DNA of 64,000 nucleotides from Kiritimatiellia bacterium. GTDB taxonomy: Bacteria; Verrucomicrobiota; Kiritimatiellia; RFP12; JBMNHG01. The stretch's first letter is position 1, and the number at the start of each line of letters is the position of its first letter. Below are positions 10,384-20,430 of the stretch, piece by piece. A program made the position numbers and the translations under genes. The notes below the pieces were generated by a model that saw only the letters and a program-made list of their open reading frames with translations, had not been told where the DNA came from and ran no database searches. The stretch lies in assembly GCA_050950285.1 (NCBI GenBank), contig JBMNHG010000011.1, forward strand, positions 124,001 through 188,000, given 5' to 3'.

Positions 10384-11453
10384 GCACTTCCGCATCCCCC
10401 TCTTCCAGCCGCCAGCTGGTGACCATGGAGGCCATGGTCGGCCTCTTCGTGGCCATCGTCTTCATCGGACTCGCCGTCTTCACCATCGTGGTCTCCGGCG
10501 CCACGCTCTTCGGGAAGAAACCCATGCGCATCGGCGTGGATCTGCCCGACGGCATGGGCATTCGCGACCACGACCCCGTGATCGTCCGCGGCGTCTCCGT
10601 GGGCACGGTCGACACCGTGTACTACCACCACGGCATGGTCCACGTCGAAGCCCAGCTCGTCGCCGAGGTCCAGATCCACGAGGGCTACCACGTGACCGTC
10701 GTCTCCACCTCCATCCTCGGCGGGCGCCAGCTCGTGCTCAAGGAAGGCGACCCTTCGCGCCCGCTCGTGAAGGACGTGATGTCGCTCCAGGGCTCCCCGC
10801 CCGCCGACCTCATGGCCGACGCCACGAAAATCGTGAACCACGTCTCCTCCGGGGAAGGCCCTCTCGGCAAGATCGTCTACGACGAATCGGTCGCCTCGAA
10901 CCTCGTCGGCCTCATCTCCAATTTCCGCATCGCCTCGGCGGATCTCTCGAACTTCACCGCGCAGGTCACCTCCGGGGAAGGCCTCCTCAGCCGCATCGCC
11001 TACGACACTGCCTTCGCCTCGGACATCGAGGAGGCCGTCGCGAACCTGCGCATCATCGCGGCGGACCTCACGAACGCCACCGCAAGACTCCAGGCCGGCG
11101 AAGGCGCCCTCGGACGCCTCCTCTACGACGACAAGCTCGGCGACGACCTCGCCGGCGCCGTGGCGGACATCCGGGAAATCTCCGGCCGCCTGGAGCGTGG
11201 CGAAGGATCCCTCGGCAAGCTGCTTTCCAGCGACGACGCCGTCTACACGAACCTCAGCGCCGCCGTGGCCTCCCTCAAGGAGGCCGCCGACCGCCTGGAG
11301 CGCGGCGAAGGGTCGCTCGGCAAGCTCATGAACGAGGACGACCTCTACAACGACATCGGCGGACTCGTCCGCGACGCGCGCGTCACCCTTGACGACATGC
11401 GCGAGTCCTCTCCCATCAGCACCTTCGCCACCATCTTCTTCGGCGCCTTCTAG
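10380..11453 (+). CDS. mlaD: MlaD/MCE-domain protein with long helical repeat tail
   Basis: N-terminal TM helix, MCE motif (V.VRGVSVGTV, SILGGRQL), repeated GEGxLG(K/R)L..D units; ATGA overlap with mlaF. Confidence 0.85.
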   Translation: MSTSASPSSSRQLVTMEAMVGLFVAIVFIGLAVFTIVVSGATLFGKKPMRIGVDLPDGMGIRDHDPVIVRGVSVGTVDTVYYHHGMVHVEAQLVAEVQIHEGYHVTVVSTSILGGRQLVLKEGDPSRPLVKDVMSLQGSPPADLMADATKIVNHVSSGEGPLGKIVYDESVASNLVGLISNFRIASADLSNFTAQVTSGEGLLSRIAYDTAFASDIEEAVANLRIIAADLTNATARLQAGEGALGRLLYDDKLGDDLAGAVADIREISGRLERGEGSLGKLLSSDDAVYTNLSAAVASLKEAADRLERGEGSLGKLMNEDDLYNDIGGLVRDARVTLDDMRESSPISTFATIFFGAF

Positions 11454-11473
11454 AGCGCCGGCGAATCCGCCCC

Positions 11474-12466
11474 TCAATAGTCCAGGGAGCTTCCGCCGAT
11501 GTATTCCCGGAGGATCGAATTTCCGGGAATGGCGTCGATCGGTGGAAGGGTGCGGAAATCCTCCAGGAAGTCCAGCAGCCGGGCGGCGGTCTTCCCTTCG
11601 GGCGTGGCGGGGTCGATTTCGCGCAGAAGCGGATCGGCCAGCGGCTTCAGCACGGCGAACTCGTAGCCGAGCGCGGAGTTGAAGGCCGTGTCCGCATGAT
11701 CCTCGAAGGGGAAGATCCAACGCTCCTCGCCACGCCGCACGGAAGGCCAGAGGCGCAGGGTGTCCAACGCCCGGAGATTCCGGAACTGGTTGTCGCGCAC
11801 GATGCGGCGGAGCAGGCGGTTGTCGGTGGTGGAGATGCGCCCGCCGTCGGTGGCATCGAGCTGGGTGACCGCGTTGATGTAGATGCGGAAGAGCGTTTCG
11901 GCGGGGAGATGCTCGGAAAGGCGGGGATTCAGGCAGTGGAGGCCTTCCATCACGACGATGCCGCCAGGCGGGAGGCGCGTCGGGACATCGCTGTCGTAGC
12001 CCTGCTTCCGGGTGAAGTCGAAGTGGCGCAGGAAGACGTCCCGCCCGGCAAGCAAATCCAACAGGTCGCCGTCGAGCCGGGGAATGTCCATCGCGTCGAC
12101 ATGCTCGTAGTCGAGCCGGCCCTCTTCGTCGCGCGGATTCCGCGCGTCTCCCACGAAGTAGTTGTCGGTGGAGAGGACGAGCGGCTCCGCGCCCCTCGAT
12201 CGAAGATGGCCCGCGAGGCGCTTCGCAAAGGTGGTCTTCCCCGCCGAGGAGGGTCCGGCCACGAACACGATGCGGACGGCAGGCCGGGCATTGACGGTGT
12301 CGGCAAGCTGGACGAGCTTCTGGTCGTGGATGGCTTCGACCGCCCGGATGTGGTCGTCGATGCCGCCCTTTTCGATGAGACGGTTCAAGTCCTCCACGCC
12401 GGTCACGCCCAGCAGGCGCCCCCATTTCTCGTTTTCCAGGAAGATGTCGCGGAGAGATGGTTTCAT
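11474..12466 (-). CDS. Uridine/nucleoside kinase family protein
   Basis: P-loop AGPSSAGKTT, STDNYF, MEGLHCLN, RLLRRIVRD, VRRGEERWIFPF. Confidence 0.8.
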   Translation of the reverse strand: MKPSLRDIFLENEKWGRLLGVTGVEDLNRLIEKGGIDDHIRAVEAIHDQKLVQLADTVNARPAVRIVFVAGPSSAGKTTFAKRLAGHLRSRGAEPLVLSTDNYFVGDARNPRDEEGRLDYEHVDAMDIPRLDGDLLDLLAGRDVFLRHFDFTRKQGYDSDVPTRLPPGGIVVMEGLHCLNPRLSEHLPAETLFRIYINAVTQLDATDGGRISTTDNRLLRRIVRDNQFRNLRALDTLRLWPSVRRGEERWIFPFEDHADTAFNSALGYEFAVLKPLADPLLREIDPATPEGKTAARLLDFLEDFRTLPPIDAIPGNSILREYIGGSSLDY

Positions 12467-12675
12467 GTGCGGAAGAATATCCCAGAATCCCTTCGACCGC
12501 AATCCATGCGAAATAGTTTCCCCGCCATCGGGCGAACCTGCTACTGTGGATTCTCCCGGAAGTATCCTCCCATGCCATTCCTTCGGTCGACATTTTCCGT
12601 GCGTCGGCGGGAAGCCCTCCTCCCGCGGGACATCCCCGCCCGCACCGTCCCCCTTCGGAAGGGGAGGGGACGCCC

Positions 12676-13779
12676 ATGACGCCTTCCGCCAGCGTGATCG
12701 TGCCCTGCTGGAACAGTAGCGCCTGCCTCGGCGCCTGTCTGGACAGCCTCCGCGACGGTACCTGCGCGGACTTCGAAATCATCGCCGTGGACGACGGTTC
12801 CGACGACGACACCTTCGAGGTGCTCTCCCGTGCCGCGGCCTCCGATCCGCGCATCCGCCCCTTCCGCCGCCCCCACGGCGGCGTCTCCGCCGCCCGCAAC
12901 TTCGGCTTGGGGCAGGCCGTCGGGCGCGTCGTGTTCTTCGTCGATCCGGACGACACCGTCGCGCCGGATTTCCTTGCGAAGCCGCTCGCCCGTCTCGACG
13001 CTACGGGAGCCGATTTCGTGATCTTCGCCTATGCGGCCCGCCGCGACGGCGAGCGCGACTTCACGCCCCGTCCCCTCCGCGCCGCATACGACTTCGCCTC
13101 CAACGCCGAAATCCGCGCGCACTTCCTTCCCCGCGTCTTCGGCTATTCCCTCGACCGCGTCCGCGAGTGGAATCGCGGCGCGCCGCTTTTCGGCCGCCGT
13201 GAACTGGGGAGCGTCTGCCGATGCGCCTTCCGCCGCGACTTCCTCCGGCGGGCGGACATCCGCTTCGACGAGACGCTCGTGCTGAACGAGGACGCCATGT
13301 TCCTCAGCGAGGCCGCCCTCGCGGCGGCGTCCATGGCGTCGCTCGACGAGCCGCTCTACTTCTACGCCATCCACGCGACGGGCGCGATGATCTCCGTGGA
13401 CCGCGATCGCCGGATGTTCGGGAACAAGCTCCGCCTCCTGCGCAAACGCCGGGAACTCGACCGAAGGGAAGGCGGCGCCCTCGAGGCCGCCTACGCCGGT
13501 TCGTGCGTCTTCTCCCTGATGGAACTCCTGCACCTGACGCGCGTCATCGACATCCCCTTCGCCGAATCGCATCGCGTGGTTGCGGACTATGCGTCCGATC
13601 CCGTCGTCCGCCGCGCCCTTTCCCGCTTTCCCCTTTCGGTACGGCACCCCGTCGCCGCCCTCCTCGTGATCCTCCTCCGGTTGCGCCTGGCGCGTCCGCT
13701 CCACGCCTTCCTGCACGTCGTCTTCCTTCCCGCCCGGCGAAGCGGCCGCCGCGCACGCCGGTACGCGGGGATCCGCTAG
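12676..13779 (+). CDS. Glycosyltransferase family 2
   Basis: SVIVPCWN, VDDGSDD, GVSAARN.GL, FVDPDD. Confidence 0.88.
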   Translation: MTPSASVIVPCWNSSACLGACLDSLRDGTCADFEIIAVDDGSDDDTFEVLSRAAASDPRIRPFRRPHGGVSAARNFGLGQAVGRVVFFVDPDDTVAPDFLAKPLARLDATGADFVIFAYAARRDGERDFTPRPLRAAYDFASNAEIRAHFLPRVFGYSLDRVREWNRGAPLFGRRELGSVCRCAFRRDFLRRADIRFDETLVLNEDAMFLSEAALAAASMASLDEPLYFYAIHATGAMISVDRDRRMFGNKLRLLRKRRELDRREGGALEAAYAGSCVFSLMELLHLTRVIDIPFAESHRVVADYASDPVVRRALSRFPLSVRHPVAALLVILLRLRLARPLHAFLHVVFLPARRSGRRARRYAGIR

Positions 13780-13827
13780 GCCGGGCGCCCCGCCGGTGTT
13801 GTGCCCGGCCCGCTTGGCCGGAGCGCG

Positions 13828-14517
13828 TCAGGAGGCCTCGTGGCGGGACAGCACGCCGTCGCGGAGTTCCAGGGTGCGCCCGCAGCGGGCGGCGACCTGG
13901 GGGGCGTGGGTGACCACCACCAGGGCGCGGTTGGGCGAGCCGACGAGGGAGAAGAGCAGGTCGAGCACCTGTGTGCCGGTGTCGCCGTCGAGGTTGCCGG
14001 TGGGTTCGTCCGCGAGGATGATGCGGGGCTGGTTGATCAATGCGCGGGCGATGGCCACGCGCTGCTGCTCGCCCCCGGAAAGTTCGAGGGGGGTGTGGGC
14101 GGCGCGATCGGCGAGGCCGACGGCGTCGAGCAGCTCGAGGGCGCGTTTCCGGGCGATGCGGCGCGGCTCGCCGACGGCCATCGAGGGGAGCAGCACGTTC
14201 TCCGCCACATCCATCTCGGGGAGGAGGTGGAAGGATTGGAAGACGAAGCCGATGGCCAGGGCGCGGAGGCGCGTCCGCGCGCCGGCGGACATCGCGAAGA
14301 AGTCGCGTCCGTCCACGAACAGCGTGCCGGCTTCGGGGCGGTCGAGCCCGCCCAGCACGTGAAGCAGCGTGCTCTTGCCGGATCCGCTTTGGCCCATGAT
14401 GGCGACGCTTTCGCCGCCCGACACGGAAAGGTCGGCGCCGCGCAGCACGTGGACCACCCCATGCGGGAGGCGGTAGTCTTTGACAAGGCCCTGGGCCTGG
14501 AGAAGCAGACGGTTCAT
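13828..14517 (-). CDS. lolD: Lipoprotein-releasing ABC transporter ATPase LolD-like
   Basis: GQSGSGKS, LSGGEQQRVAIARA, ADEPTGNLD; follows lolC/E-like gene. Confidence 0.82.
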   Translation of the reverse strand: MNRLLLQAQGLVKDYRLPHGVVHVLRGADLSVSGGESVAIMGQSGSGKSTLLHVLGGLDRPEAGTLFVDGRDFFAMSAGARTRLRALAIGFVFQSFHLLPEMDVAENVLLPSMAVGEPRRIARKRALELLDAVGLADRAAHTPLELSGGEQQRVAIARALINQPRIILADEPTGNLDGDTGTQVLDLLFSLVGSPNRALVVVTHAPQVAARCGRTLELRDGVLSRHEAS

Positions 14518-14526
14518 GGCGTAAAC

Positions 14527-15771
14527 CTATTCGCGCCGGAGCGCCTTCACGGGGTCCATCGACGCGGCGCGCCAGGCGGGCACGATGCTCGCCAGCGTAC
14601 AGAAGAAAATCACCATCGCCGCCACTTGCGCGACTTCGCCGGGGACGATGCGCCAGGGGATTTCGGCCAGGCCGTAGATGTTCTTGGGGAAGACGTCCAG
14701 GCCCATCGTGGCGAGGAAGGCGACGATGTTGTGCAGGTTCCGCAGCACGAGGACGGCGAGCCCGATGCCCAGGCCCGTCCCCACGATGCACTGGATCCAG
14801 CCGTGCAGCACGAAGGTGCAGAGAATTTGCCAGCTCGAGAAGCCGAGGGCCTTCAGGAGGCCGATTTCGTCGGTCTTCTGCACGGTGACGACGATGAGGG
14901 TGTTCATCACGCAGAAGATGGCGACAATGGTGATGAACATGAGAAGGATCACCATCATGTTCTTCTCCACGGCCAGGACGCTGAAGAGCTGGCTGTCGAT
15001 CTCCTGCCAGGAACGGACTTGGAGGTGCGGGGCGAAGTCCCCGAGGCACGCTTCCACGGCTTCGCGCGTGGCGGCGAAGGCGGCAGGGTCGTCGGGGGAG
15101 GCCACCTTGATTTGGACGGAGTAGGCGGTGTCGCCCTCCATGGCCAGCAGGTCGCGCACGACGCCGAGGGAGGTCACCACAAAGCCGCTGTCGAATTCGT
15201 TGTGCCCCATCTCGTAGATCCCGGAAACGACGAGTTCCTCGGGGAGGTATATCTCGTCCTTGCCGATCAGGGTGAGGGGGGAATAGACGAGAATCGTGTC
15301 GCCTACCGAGGCGTCGAGGTTGCGGGCGAGGTCGATGCCGATGGCCGCCTGGTCGCCGGAGAGGTCGAAGCATCCGTCGACGATGGAATGGGTCATCTGC
15401 GGAAGCAGGCGGGTGGTCCGCTCCGGATCGACGCCCATGACGATCGGGGCGGTGATGCGGCGGTCGTGTTCGGCGAGCACGCGCATCTCGGCGGAGGGCG
15501 ACGTCGCAAGCACGCCGGGGATGACCTCGATGCGGTCGCAGAGGTCCGAGGCGTCGTCAATCACGCTGTCGGGGGAGAAGACGGCCAGGTGCGGCTTGAA
15601 CTCGAGGATCTTCTCGCGCCATGTGTCGCCGAATCCCGTCATCACGGCGCGCACGATGATCACGATGGCCACGCCGAGCACCACGCCAAGAACGGAAACG
15701 ACGATGACGACCGACGTGAACGAGCGTTTCGGCTTGAGGTATTTCAGCGCGAGGAAGAGGGGGAAGGCCAT
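14527..15771 (-). CDS. lolC: Lipoprotein-releasing ABC transporter permease LolC/E-like
   Basis: ALKYL..KR, VMTGF, EKNMM..LLMFI, EIGLLKALG, PAWRAASMDPVKALR. Confidence 0.82.
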   Translation of the reverse strand: MAFPLFLALKYLKPKRSFTSVVIVVSVLGVVLGVAIVIIVRAVMTGFGDTWREKILEFKPHLAVFSPDSVIDDASDLCDRIEVIPGVLATSPSAEMRVLAEHDRRITAPIVMGVDPERTTRLLPQMTHSIVDGCFDLSGDQAAIGIDLARNLDASVGDTILVYSPLTLIGKDEIYLPEELVVSGIYEMGHNEFDSGFVVTSLGVVRDLLAMEGDTAYSVQIKVASPDDPAAFAATREAVEACLGDFAPHLQVRSWQEIDSQLFSVLAVEKNMMVILLMFITIVAIFCVMNTLIVVTVQKTDEIGLLKALGFSSWQILCTFVLHGWIQCIVGTGLGIGLAVLVLRNLHNIVAFLATMGLDVFPKNIYGLAEIPWRIVPGEVAQVAAMVIFFCTLASIVPAWRAASMDPVKALRRE

Positions 15772-15827
15772 GGCGTGTCGGGAGCGGATGGGGGTCGGAA
15801 GGAAGATAGGGGGCGGCCGGGATTCCG

Positions 15828-18800
15828 TCAATCCGTCTTGTCGTCTCCGGTTTCGAGGACGACCTTGTAGGAGCGGGTCCAGTCGGCCTTCGCCTTGGCT
15901 TCGGGGATCATGCGGATGACCTTGAGGGGGGATCGTCCGTCCTGCCAGGCGAGTTCCAGGCCGTGTTTGCGCAGGACGGAGCCGGCATAGAGGCCGATGC
16001 GCTCGCCGCAGACGGCGTCATCGAGGAAGAAGTCGCCATCGGGGACGTTTGGCACGGGCACGGCGAAGGTGCCGGGTTCGGGGTGGTAGAGCACGAGGTA
16101 GTGGCGGCCGAGGCGCCTGTTGCGGCCTTCGAGGTAGCGGCGCACGGGATTGCCGGCGAGCGGATTCCCGATGCCGGCCCACGTTGCGGCGCGGGCCATC
16201 ATGCCCCGGAGGTTGCGTCCGCCCATGCCCATGTCGGGGATGCCCCAGAAGACGAGCGCTTCGCCTTTGCCGACGGGGTGGGAGGTGAGCGCCGCGCCGC
16301 CGTCGGCGAAACGCGCGAGCACCTTCGCGCCGCCGTCTTCCGCGACCTGCACGCCGGGATAGCGTCCGAAGTAGTCGGTCTCGGGGATCCAGCGGTAGGG
16401 ATATTCCCAGAAGCGGGCGCGCACTTCGGCGCTTTCGAGTTGCTCATGGAAGTCGTCGCCGGTGAGGAACGGGATGGCCGCGCCTTCGTCGAAGAGCGGG
16501 TTGCCCGGCAGGGCGGTGGCGAAGAGGCCCGTCCCTTTGCGGTCGAAGGGCCGCACGGGCGGATCGATGCCGAGGGCGCGCAGCAAGGCGAAGGGCTCGC
16601 GGCCGCGTTCGGGGACGAATTTGCCGGTGTTCGCGGAGAGGACGACCTTCGCGCCGGCGTTCGCCGCCGCGACGATGCGATCGAGCGTTTCGCCTTCGAT
16701 GACCTCGTCCAGCGGGTTCGGAAGCACGAGGCGGTAGCCCGGGGCATGTCCGGGGACGTAGTCCTCGTAGGGCACGGAGTCGTTCTCGAGGAGTTCGCGC
16801 CAGCGCCGGAGGTCGTCCAGCCGCGCGTTGAAGGTGGTGCGGTGCTTGGCGTAGAGGGTGGTGGGGTCGGCCACGAAGGCCGCCTGCGCAGGGGGTGCGA
16901 GCAGTTCGATGTCGTGCAGTTCGGCGAGGAGCGGCTTGAAGCGTTCGAAGGAATCGTAGGCCTGGATGCCGCCATAGGTGCCGACGCGCGCCAGATCCTC
17001 CGTGCGCGGTCCGCTGGGGAAGTAGTAGACGTGGAGGTTCGCGCCGCCGCCGCCGGCCTGGGCGGTCATCACCCAGATGGACCAGTCGAGCACCCAGCCG
17101 CGGTTCGGCACTTCGCCATAGGCGGCCCAGAAGTAGGGGTGGTGCGGCTCGGTGATCCATCCCACGCGGTGGTGGTTCCAGGCGTCGAGGTAGGCGCCGA
17201 GGTCGTGGCCGTAGTGGTTGCCGCCGTTGTGGCCGTAGTCGATCTGGTCGCCGAGGACGCCCGCCAGGAGGTTCGGGGCGCCGTAGCTGAGGATGACGCG
17301 GTCGTCGTCGAAGGTGCGGATGGAGCGGACGGCGCGCCGCATCCATTCGGCGTTCAGGTCGTCCTTGAAGCGGCAGAAGTCGATCCATTCCATCCGCAGG
17401 TCGGGCTCGGCGCCGCCCCGGAAATCGGGCATGGGCGGCCGGATTTCGCCGAAGTCCGCGAGCGAGGTCCCCCAGCGGCGATTCAGTTCGCCGAGGGAGT
17501 GGCGTTCGCGCAGCCAGTCGCGGAAGCCCTGCGCGGTGGCGGGATCGTAGCCGGTGACGGTGCCGTTCCACGGCTGGTCCACCACGGTCCATTCGCCGCC
17601 GGGCTGCATGATGTAGTAGCCTTCGAAGGCGGTGTGGGCGTGGTAGCGGTTGAAGAGCGCGCGGTAGGCGTCGAGCCAGAGCTTTCCGGTGTTGGGGTCG
17701 AGCACGGAGTAGGCGCCGTAGTAGGGGTGGCCCTCGGCGATGGTGCCGTCGTAGGCGTACTGCCGTGAATAGGTCGGCCAGCGGTAGAGGTTGCGCCCGT
17801 TGTTGTCGCAGTGGGCGAGGCGGACGGTCACCTTGCATCCGGCGTCTGCGGCGGCGTCGAGGAGGCGGTCGAGCATGGAGAAATCGAAGACGCCCGGCAG
17901 CACCTCGAAGTCGCGCAGGTCGATCATGTGGGTCAGGCTCGACGCGATGGCGCGCGATTCGGCGAGGTAGGCGCGGAAATGCGCGACCGCCTCGTCCTCG
18001 GTCCATGGGGTGCGGACGTCGCCGCGGCCTACGTAGGTGGTCCGGTGGTAGGGGTGCTTCTTCACCTCGCGGCGATTCACGAGCTCCCCGGCGCGGTCGT
18101 GGCTCGCGGCGGGATCGGTACGGAAGCCGAAGAAGTACGCTTTCGAGTCGACAAGCGTCTCGCCGTCGAAGACGCGGACGTCCAGGCGGTAGGCGTCGCG
18201 GTCCGCCGTGGTCGCCGGATGGAGGACCGTCGCAAAAAACGGCGCGCCGTTTTTTGCGGCAGGGTCCGCCGGGAGCGTGATGGCGCCGGAATCGAGCACG
18301 TCCGAAAGCAGCTCGCCGCAGGGATGCACGCTCCAGTCGATTCGAAGCGCCTGGCCGTCTTCCGGGAAGACGCGCAGTTCGATTTCCGCGGGTTCGTCGC
18401 GGGCATAGACGCCACGTCCGGCGTGGTCGGGGTTCACGCGCAGCACGCCGATGGCGGGAGGCGTGCGGGTGTCGACCGCCCGCAGGGGCGCGGCATCCGC
18501 GTTGCCGAGAACCTGCCGGCGCATGGTGCCGGCGGCGGCGACGGCACCGTCGGGGGCCGTCACGTGGTAGTCGATCCAGTAGTTTCCGTCCGGGCCGAGT
18601 TCGAAGACGAGCCGATGTTTGCGGCTCGCCAGATTGGCGGGATTGTACGCGAAGGTTTCCGTGCGCTCCGCCACGGGCACACCCTGGAATGCGTCGAGGA
18701 TCTGCGAGGCGATTCGGTACTCGCCCGCCGTCCTGTCGCCGAGCAATGCGTCGGCGTAGGTGTACGGATGGAAGTAGCCGATGACCGCGCCGCAGGTGGA

Positions 18801-19421
18801 GACCTCGCCGAGCGCAAGCATCCCCTGGCGCCGGCGGTCCATCTCCGGCCGGAGATCCGTCTGGCGGAGGAGAAGGCGGAAGCCGAGCAGCTCGAGGGCG
18901 CCGGTGGGCGCGTAGTCGATGGGATCGTCGAGGATTTCGAAGACATCCTGCGTGGGAGCGCCCGCCTCGCCGGCGTAGAAGCAGGGGGTCATGTTGCCGT
19001 GCCAAGCCTCTTCGGGGCCCTTCAAATGCGGGAATGGCAGCGCGCCAAAGAGGAAGCGCTCGCCCTGTTCGTCGCGCAGGATGGGCAGAAGCAGCACGCG
19101 CGTATCGTGCATCGGCGCGGCGAGTTTCGTCTCGAACAGGATGCGCTCCGTGTCGACCGGAAGCACGACCGGCTCCTTCCACAGGAGATCGGCATGCCCT
19201 TGGAAGAAGACCTCGTGCCCGCTGCGCGCCTGGGTGTCCGGCGTGATGTCGAAGTCCATGCGCAAGACGCCCTCCGCATCGGCCAGCGACACCCGGGCGT
19301 TTTCGCCCTGGGGCCGGACAATCCATTCCGCGGCGGGCATGAACGGAAGCGGCGCGGCAGCGAGAAGAAGCGGGGTGGACATGGCGAAGAAGAGGATGGT
19401 TCGAGCAAGACGAATGGACAT
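15828..19421 (-). CDS. Large secreted glycoside hydrolase, GH42/beta-galactosidase-like catalytic region
   Basis: Signal peptide; EVLPGVFDFSMLDRLLDAA and FRDWLRERHSLGELNRRWGT are GH42-type segments. Confidence 0.6.
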   Translation of the reverse strand: MSIRLARTILFFAMSTPLLLAAAPLPFMPAAEWIVRPQGENARVSLADAEGVLRMDFDITPDTQARSGHEVFFQGHADLLWKEPVVLPVDTERILFETKLAAPMHDTRVLLLPILRDEQGERFLFGALPFPHLKGPEEAWHGNMTPCFYAGEAGAPTQDVFEILDDPIDYAPTGALELLGFRLLLRQTDLRPEMDRRRQGMLALGEVSTCGAVIGYFHPYTYADALLGDRTAGEYRIASQILDAFQGVPVAERTETFAYNPANLASRKHRLVFELGPDGNYWIDYHVTAPDGAVAAAGTMRRQVLGNADAAPLRAVDTRTPPAIGVLRVNPDHAGRGVYARDEPAEIELRVFPEDGQALRIDWSVHPCGELLSDVLDSGAITLPADPAAKNGAPFFATVLHPATTADRDAYRLDVRVFDGETLVDSKAYFFGFRTDPAASHDRAGELVNRREVKKHPYHRTTYVGRGDVRTPWTEDEAVAHFRAYLAESRAIASSLTHMIDLRDFEVLPGVFDFSMLDRLLDAAADAGCKVTVRLAHCDNNGRNLYRWPTYSRQYAYDGTIAEGHPYYGAYSVLDPNTGKLWLDAYRALFNRYHAHTAFEGYYIMQPGGEWTVVDQPWNGTVTGYDPATAQGFRDWLRERHSLGELNRRWGTSLADFGEIRPPMPDFRGGAEPDLRMEWIDFCRFKDDLNAEWMRRAVRSIRTFDDDRVILSYGAPNLLAGVLGDQIDYGHNGGNHYGHDLGAYLDAWNHHRVGWITEPHHPYFWAAYGEVPNRGWVLDWSIWVMTAQAGGGGANLHVYYFPSGPRTEDLARVGTYGGIQAYDSFERFKPLLAELHDIELLAPPAQAAFVADPTTLYAKHRTTFNARLDDLRRWRELLENDSVPYEDYVPGHAPGYRLVLPNPLDEVIEGETLDRIVAAANAGAKVVLSANTGKFVPERGREPFALLRALGIDPPVRPFDRKGTGLFATALPGNPLFDEGAAIPFLTGDDFHEQLESAEVRARFWEYPYRWIPETDYFGRYPGVQVAEDGGAKVLARFADGGAALTSHPVGKGEALVFWGIPDMGMGGRNLRGMMARAATWAGIGNPLAGNPVRRYLEGRNRRLGRHYLVLYHPEPGTFAVPVPNVPDGDFFLDDAVCGERIGLYAGSVLRKHGLELAWQDGRSPLKVIRMIPEAKAKADWTRSYKVVLETGDDKTD
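18231..18258. repeat. Palindromic element copy 2, perfect 28-bp palindrome inside the CDS
   Basis: CGCAAAAAACGGCGCGCCGTTTTTTGCG, read in-frame as AKNGAPFFA. Confidence 0.8.
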
Positions 19422-19482
19422 GCCCGCACTATACCTCATGAAACGATACCGACGCAATCCCCCCGAAGCCGGCGTCCGCCCT

Positions 19483-20379
19483 CTACACCTTCATGCCGTA
19501 CTTGCCGCGCAACAGCGCCAGCATCTTCTGCGGATCCCCGCCGCTTTCGCGCTTGATCTCCCAGACCTTGGCATCCACCAGCGTGCGGTACCACCAGCCT
19601 TGCAGGAAGTGCCACAGAAAGCCCTCCCTGCCTTCCAGAAACCCACCCCGTAAAAAATAGCGATAGCAGAAATACACAAACGAACGCCAGAACAGCGGCA
19701 GGCGCACGTACTTCATCTTCTTCCGCCTCTTCTCCGCCGCCTGACCTTCCAGTCGCGGCGCCCGTTCCCCGTCCCCCTCCAGCAACCCGAACTCCAGATC
19801 CAGCAGATCCACCGCTTCCCGCAACGCATACCCGTTATGCTTCGCCGTCCACCAGCCGATGTCATTCAGGTTATCGTCCGCGAAATCCCCGTCGAACGTC
19901 ACCGACCGCCCTTCCCGAAGCTCGATGTGCTCGTCCATCAGCCGCTGCTCGCTACGTGCCTTGCCGTAGCGGAACAGGCGGACCATCTTGATACGCGGCA
20001 TGCCGCGCCGAATCACACGGCCCATGAAGACCCGCCGCAGGTAAAACGCCACGCCGGTCACCTCCTCCGGCAGCGTCTCAAGCTTGCTCTTGATCTCCTC
20101 GATCAGTTCTGGCGACAGATACTCGTCCGCATCCAGCCGCAACACCCACTTGGTTCGGATCGGCAGGTGATCCAAAGCCCAGTTGAATTGCAAAGATTGT
20201 GCCCCTGGCCACGGGTTTTGGACAACCGACGCCCCGCATTCCTTCGCAATCGCAACCGTCTCGTCCGTTGAAAAACAATCCACCACAAACACATCACGCG
20301 CCAACGGTGCGACGTTCTCCACGCAACGGCGGATGTGAAGCTCCTCGTTAAAAGTCAAGATGATGGCCGAAACATCCAT
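19483..20379 (-). CDS. Glycosyltransferase family 2
   Basis: SAIILTFNEE.HI.RC, VVDCFSTD.T, WVLRLDADE, GGFLEGREGF. Confidence 0.9.
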   Translation of the reverse strand: MDVSAIILTFNEELHIRRCVENVAPLARDVFVVDCFSTDETVAIAKECGASVVQNPWPGAQSLQFNWALDHLPIRTKWVLRLDADEYLSPELIEEIKSKLETLPEEVTGVAFYLRRVFMGRVIRRGMPRIKMVRLFRYGKARSEQRLMDEHIELREGRSVTFDGDFADDNLNDIGWWTAKHNGYALREAVDLLDLEFGLLEGDGERAPRLEGQAAEKRRKKMKYVRLPLFWRSFVYFCYRYFLRGGFLEGREGFLWHFLQGWWYRTLVDAKVWEIKRESGGDPQKMLALLRGKYGMKV

Positions 20380-20430
20380 AATCTACACCGAGACACACCG
20401 TTACAGCACTTCAGGTCGTTCACGAATAAT

